Origin: Octopus sinensis
Lineage: Eukaryota
Assembly: GCF_006345805.1 (NCBI RefSeq)
Contig: NW_021826465.1
Coordinates: forward strand, 1 to 12,821
DNA: 12,821 nt
Reading direction: 5' to 3'
The notes under the pieces are model-generated. The model did not search any database. It saw only the letters and a program-made list of their open reading frames with translations, and was not told the origin of the DNA. The position numbers and the translations under genes are program-made. The first letter of the stretch is position 1; the number at the start of each line of letters is the position of its first letter. Of the stretch, positions 8,296 through 12,821 are shown piece after piece.

Positions 8296-8379
8296 GTAAT
8301 GAGCAAGATTTACAAAACTGTGGATAATCCTATATCTTAAGATTTCATGCTCTCTAACGAAGATTACTTTACAATCTTC

Positions 8380-8464
8380 AGTAGGGATAACCGACAAATA
8401 TATAAACGAAAAATACATATACATAAATATATATATATAATATATATATATAGATTACATATAC

Positions 8465-8520
<56 letters not shown>

Positions 8521-8597
8521 GTAATATATATATACATGTATGTATGTATGTATGTATATATGCAGACACATACACCCATACATAATATACATACATA
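8380..8597. repeat. (TA)n/(TATG)n compound microsatellite
   Basis: Read directly. Confidence 0.9.
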
Positions 8598-8599
8598 GC

Positions 8600-8942
8600 T
8601 TTTGTATTTTATTTGTTTCATTCATTGGACCGTGGTTTTGTTGAAATCCTACCTTGAAAGGTTAGTCAAACAAATTGATTCCAATATTTGTTTTTAAGCC
8701 AGATACTTCTGTTATCAGCCTCTTTCTCCAAACCACAAAGTTACGGGAATGTAAACCAACTAACACCAATAGTCACGCATTAAATGGAGAACAAGCACAA
8801 ACTCATAGATACACACACTTATAAATACATACACACATATATGGCAGGCTTCTTTCAGTTTCTGACTACCAAATCCACCCACAAGACTCTGGTTGACCTA
8901 GGGCTATTGTAGGAGATACTTGAGCAAAGAGCTGTGTAGTAA
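8600..8942 (-). mobile_element. SINE family A, old, head-truncated
   Basis: tttgtttcattcattggaccgtgg...ggcttctttcagtttctgactaccaaatccacccacaag. Confidence 0.75.
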
Positions 8943-9044
8943 TACACATATCAATGAGTGCAGACTTTCCTTACTGAATGAGTTTTGTGAAACTGGATGA
9001 TAGGAAAATATATAATTTTATAGCTATGTACACAATACATGTAC

Positions 9045-9090
9045 GGACGTGTGTGTGTGTGTGTGCGTGCCTGTGCATGTGTGTGTGTTG
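9045..9090. repeat. (TG)n microsatellite
   Basis: Read directly. Confidence 0.85.
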
Positions 9091-9259
9091 TGTACTGCAA
9101 GTGGTGTTAATAAAGCGTGTACAATGTGCAGTGTTTAAACCGATTAACTTCATCACCTTGGTGATACACACTGAATTAACTGGGCTATTTCACACACAAT
9201 ATCCATTGGTTACTGTTCTAAAAACTCACAACCTCATGTCTATCTCTAAAGGATGATTA

Positions 9260-9420
9260 TCAACCCCCTTGTTATGGTATTTCTGTAGAAATACGCTACA
9301 CCTTTGTTTCAATTAATTTTCAAAATAATGAAGAATTTAATTAAATAACTTTGTTGTTATTAAGTTGATGCCTGAAACAAATGAACATGAAATTTTGGTT
9401 TAGATCATTTTAAAGAGTCT
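9260..9420 (+). mobile_element. Possible one-ended piggyBac-like MITE fragment
   Basis: It begins tcaacccccttgtta, resembling a decayed TTAA-CCCT terminus. The AT-rich body resembles a repeat I recall from octopus; no matching AGGG-TTAA end was found. Confidence 0.4.
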
Positions 9421-9582
9421 TATTCACTGGTTGACAAATATTGCATTACGAAACTTTAATTTTAAACTGTTTTTGTGTACATACATGTGCATTTAGCACT
9501 GTCACATGTATTCCATACTCAAGAAAATCTCACTTGGGTACAGTTCTGAAGGCCTACACAGAATGAGTGGGGTATGTCAAAC

Positions 9583-9667
9583 CACACACACACACATGTA
9601 TATATATATATAAGAAAAATAAAAGTTTTTCCTATATTCCTATATGTGGAATAAAATAACTTTGTTT

Positions 9668-9702
<35 letters not shown>

Positions 9703-9725
9703 CTCCTTGTGTGTGTATGAGTGTG
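9583..9725. repeat. (CA)n, (TA)n and (TG)n microsatellites
   Basis: Read directly. Confidence 0.8.
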
Positions 9726-9730
9726 CACGG

Positions 9731-10102
9731 TTATTGTTTAATGTCTGTTTTCCATGCTGGCATGGGTTGGATGTGTGTGGCGGGGTGACTGGTGTTAGGG
9801 TGGTGAGGAGACTGCACCAATCTCTTCTGTCTGATTTGGCATGGTTTCCTATGGCTGGATGCTCTTCCTAATGCCAACCACTCTGAGAGTGTGGGCTGGA
9901 TGCTTTTTATGTTGCACCAGAAGCAGCAGTGCAGCTATCAAATAACTTACAAGACAAGACATCCCCCCGCCCCCGCCTCAACTGAGGTGGGGTGTCTAGC
10001 ATTGACAAAGATGGCTTTGTGCCAGACAAGAAGAGGTTAGAGTGTGAGGGACTGAAATAGGTGTCTTGCATGCAGTAAGAAGAGATTACATGACACCCTC
10101 AG
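9731..10102 (-). mobile_element. SINE-like family C, longer copy
   Basis: tttaatgtctgttttccatgctggcatgggttgg...ggctggatgctcttcctaatgccaaccactctgagagtg; right boundary approximate. Confidence 0.75.
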
Positions 10103-10103
10103 T

Positions 10104-10158
10104 AGGAGAGAGAGAGAGAGAGAGATGGAGAGAGAGAGAAAAGGAGGAGAGAGAGAAA
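10104..10158. repeat. (GA)n microsatellite
   Basis: Read directly. Confidence 0.9.
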
Positions 10159-10169
10159 ATGGTGGAGGT

Positions 10170-10367
10170 GTATTTATGTGCAATAAATTCGTTATTCTTC
10201 TGCAAAATACTTTTTACAATTTTTTAATACGATTCCAAATAATATTTAATTAGGAAAACATATTAGGATTTTTTAAACATCAAATTGCTACAAGGGCCAG
10301 TCTGAGTAAAAAGGGAATAAAAGGGGTCCATTGGTTAATAATGTTTTTGAGAAACACTGGTTTAGAT
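10170..10367. mobile_element. Possible one-ended hAT/Charlie-type MITE
   Basis: It ends tttttgagaaacactg (10344-10359; reverse complement CAGTGTTTCTCAAAAA), followed by GTTTAGAT, which fits the NTCTAGAN-type 8-bp Charlie target. The other end is missing. Confidence 0.45.
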
Positions 10368-10369
10368 AA

Positions 10370-10536
10370 GTAAATTGACCCTAGCACTTTTTTTAAAGTC
10401 TGGTCACTTTTGGATGTTAACAAACCAACACCAGTTGTCAAGTGGTTATGGGGACAAACACAAACATGTATCTATATACATACATACATACATATATATA
10501 CACATATATATATATATATATATACACATACATACA

Positions 10537-10578
<42 letters not shown>

Positions 10579-10642
10579 GTTTCCATCTACCAAATCAATT
10601 CACAAGGCTTTCGTTGGCCCAGGTTAAGTAGGAGACACTTTT
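10370..10642 (-). mobile_element. SINE family A fragment with an expanded internal microsatellite (10468-10572)
   Basis: aaaccaacaccagttgtcaagtgg...gggacaaacac [TA/CA expansion] cagtttccatctaccaaatcaattcacaaggcttt. Confidence 0.78.
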
Positions 10643-11049
10643 CTATGTGTGTGTGTGTGTGTGATAGGCTTCATTCAGTTTCCATTTATCGTATCCACAA
10701 ACGATAATGATAATGATTGTTTTTTCATTTGTCAGAGAATCAAAGGTGAGGGGTAGATCAGAAGGAGAGTCTGTAATTTTTATTGGGGTTTACATAAAAG
10801 ATATGAGGCAAAAAAAGGAAGAGACTGTGAAATAGGATAAAAGTATACATCGACTACAAAGTATGTGATAACACGAATGATGCAGGAGAACCTCCAGCTT
10901 GGGCCAACGAAGAAGGAAGCCCCCACAAGATTATCCCGACCATCAAAACCCTCACCCAACTGTTGTTCTCCAATCCACAGATGCATGCAGAGAACAGGTT
11001 CAAATCATCCTAATGGTTTTACCCTCAAGTCACCAAACAGAAACAGTAA

Positions 11050-11242
11050 TCCTTTCTATTATAGGCACAAGGCCTGAAATTTTGGTGTGTGTGTGTGGGG
11101 GGGGAGGGGCGACTAGTCAGTAACATCAACCTCAGTGCTCAACCATTTCATCAACCCTGAAAGTATGAAAGGCAAAGTAGAGCTCAACAGAATTTGAACT
11201 CAGAATGCAATGTTTGTTCAGCACACTAACAATTCTGCCCGC
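11050..11242 (-). mobile_element. SINE family B variant, copy 1 of a head-to-tail pair
   Basis: cctttctattataggcacaaggcctgaaattttgg...gaaaggcaaagt...gaatttgaactcagaa...aattctgcc. Confidence 0.82.
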
Positions 11243-11463
11243 TTTGTATTATAGGCACAAGGCCTGACATTTTGGGGCAGGGGGATAGTGGATTGCATCG
11301 CCCCCCCCCCCGCCCAAGTATATGACTGTACTTATTCATCGACACTGAAAGGATGAAAGGTAAAAAGTCGAGCTCAGCAGAATTGAAGTCAGAATATAAA
11401 GAAACAAAATACTACTTGGTAGTTTTCCCCGGCATATGAATGATTCTGCCACCTCACTGCCTT
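11242..11463 (-). mobile_element. SINE family B variant, copy 2
   Basis: ctttgtattataggcacaaggcctgacattttgggg...ggatgaaagg...gattctgcc. Confidence 0.8.
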
Positions 11464-11472
11464 AGCTTGCTG

Positions 11473-11479
11473 TAATAAT

Positions 11480-11523
<44 letters not shown>

Positions 11524-11547
11524 GAAGAAGAAGAAGAAGAAGAAGAA
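11473..11547. repeat. (AAT)n(AAG)n compound trinucleotide microsatellite
   Basis: Read directly. Confidence 0.95.
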
Positions 11548-11860
11548 TCTTATTTTTTATTTGGTCATGCTGGGGCACCACTTTGAAGGGTTCAGCTGAA
11601 CAAATTGACCCTACTACTTATATTTGAAATTTAGTATTTATTCTGTCAGTCTCTGTCAGACCAAATCACTGATATAGGGATGTAAATAAACCAACAATAG
11701 TTATCAAGCAGTGATGTAGCAAACACATACACGTTTCTTTCAGTTCTGTCTATGAATCCACTGACGAGGAACTGGTAGGCCTAGTGTTATAGTAGAAGAC
11801 ACTTGCCTAAGCGTGACAGAAAGCAAGACCACATGGTTGGGAAGCAAGTTTCTTAACAAC
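11548..11860 (-). mobile_element. SINE family A, degenerate
   Basis: ggtcatgctggggcaccactttgaaggg...agtagaagacacttgcctaag...acatggttgggaagcaag. Confidence 0.78.
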
Positions 11861-12060
11861 GGGGTACCTCCGTAAGTGTGTCCCGCACCCCAGTGACTTT
11901 GTTTCCTCATAACTTTCAGAAAAATGGATATATTGTTTTTTGATAAAATTTTCTTCAAATACCTTTCAGACGGTATAAATCAAGATTTTATCGGAATGTA
12001 ACGTAAAGAAAAGACAAATACTGACAGATCATAATTTTTTTCCGAATTTCAAGTTTGTTT
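11861..12060 (+). mobile_element. MITE-like family E, copy 1
   Basis: ggggtacct...ccccagtgactttgtttcctcataactttcagaaaaatggatat is homologous to 12270-12410 (inverted) and 12694-12821. Confidence 0.6.
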
Positions 12061-12108
12061 TGTTTTTTTTTTTTATTTTGTTCATACGTCCTTGGTCCTG
12101 TGAGAATG

Positions 12109-12130
12109 AGAGAGAGAGAAAGAACAGAGA

Positions 12131-12164
<34 letters not shown>

Positions 12165-12206
12165 AGAGAGAGAGAGAAAGAGAGAGAGATGAGAGAGAGA
12201 GAGAGC

Positions 12207-12270
<64 letters not shown>
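12109..12270. repeat. Long (GA)n microsatellite
   Basis: Read directly. Confidence 0.97.
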
Positions 12271-12274
<4 letters not shown>

Positions 12275-12410
12275 GACGCCCCAGTAATTATTTTCCGTGA
12301 AGTTCCCATGTAATCATAATCTATACCTCTGAAATGAATTGGTAGAAAATTTAATTAAAAAAATATCCATTTCTCAGAAAGTTATGAGGAAATAAATTCG
12401 GGGTCGTACT
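12270..12410 (-). mobile_element. 141-bp MITE-like family E copy with terminal inverted repeats
   Basis: Ends AGTACGAC...GTCGTACT form a perfect 8-bp inverted repeat that extends imperfectly (gccccagtaattattttcc vs cccgaatttatttcc). Confidence 0.6.
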
Positions 12411-12424
12411 TATGTACTTATGCC

Positions 12425-12485
12425 AATAATAATAATTATAACGATGATGGTAATAATAATAACAACAACAACAACAACAATAATA
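12425..12485. repeat. (AAT)/(GAT)/(AAC) compound trinucleotide tract
   Basis: Read directly. Confidence 0.85.
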
Positions 12486-12519
12486 GAAGATAAGCAAGAG
12501 AAAGAAAGAATTTAGAAAT

Positions 12520-12630
12520 GCGATAGTTTTAGCGGTGGCGCTAGAACATGTCAACCCCGCCCACGTTTCGAGAGGAAAATCTCGATGGAAATTCCCCACG
12601 CTTATTTCGCGATTAATAAAAATTCGCGCA
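12520..12630. promoter_or_regulatory. CpG-rich candidate promoter or enhancer
   Basis: 12 CpGs in 12521-12628; Sp/KLF GC box (minus-strand TGGGCGGGGT, 12554-12563); kappaB site (minus-strand GGGAATTTCC, 12587-12596); E2F-like TTTCGCGA and ATTCGCGC. Confidence 0.4.

Positions 12631-12633
<3 letters not shown>

Positions 12634-12672
<39 letters not shown>
12634..12672. repeat. (GA)n microsatellite
   Basis: Read directly. Confidence 0.95.
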
Positions 12673-12673
<1 letters not shown>

Positions 12674-12693
12674 TATATATGTTAATATGTCAA

Positions 12694-12821
12694 AGGGGTT
12701 TACCTACACAAGAGTGCCCCATCGAGTTTGTTTCCTCATAACTTTCAAAAAATAGGTGTAGGTTTATTTTAATGAAATTTTCAACTAAGACGTTTTATGT
12801 CATAGGTGTAGCGGCATACCT
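12694..12821 (+). mobile_element. MITE-like family E, copy 3 (runs off the window)
   Basis: ggggtttacct...gagtttgtttcctcataactttcaaaaaatag...ttttaatgaaattttc. Confidence 0.55.

Noticed and set aside
1435-11313. Poly-G/C runs as functional G-quadruplexes (1435-1447, 6002-6013, 9963-9977, 11095-11110, 11299-11313)
   Set aside because: They are mostly expansions inside or at the junctions of SINEs, homopolymer lengths are unreliable, and there is no functional context.
779-11860. CRISPR-like array from the recurring agaagacacttgcccaagg motif
   Set aside because: Spacing is irregular over hundreds to thousands of bp, the motif is embedded in longer homologous SINEs, and the context is eukaryotic.
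12544-12553. p53 response element (GAACATGTCA)
   Set aside because: A single imperfect half-site with no partner half-site.
645-12741. Most ORFs in the supplied track as protein-coding genes
   Set aside because: They translate microsatellites (YIYI, SLSL, RERE, CVCV, THTH) or SINE consensus (RRHLPKVP, EDTCPRCHAVGLNPEPCGW), which recur wherever the SINE head occurs.

Overview
AT-rich, microsatellite-dense eukaryotic non-coding DNA, probably intronic. The SINE families are ones I recall from octopus genomes, so the taxon assignment is recall rather than a search result. About 18 copies of four SINE-like families (labelled A-D here) fill much of the window, including two nested insertions, and there are several DNA-transposon-like fragments. 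No complete gene is present, and the ORF track is almost entirely microsatellite or SINE translation. The most notable items are: (1) a 221-bp-arm inverted repeat at 3580-4100 whose arms differ only by six 1-nt indels; (2) a degenerate Penelope-type minimal hammerhead ribozyme motif at 4638-4673; (3) a unique coding-like island at 5317-5780; (4) several weak plus-strand exon candidates, including a 12-nt microexon candidate at 8284-8295; and (5) a CpG-rich motif cluster at 12520-12630, set among three related MITE-like repeats.
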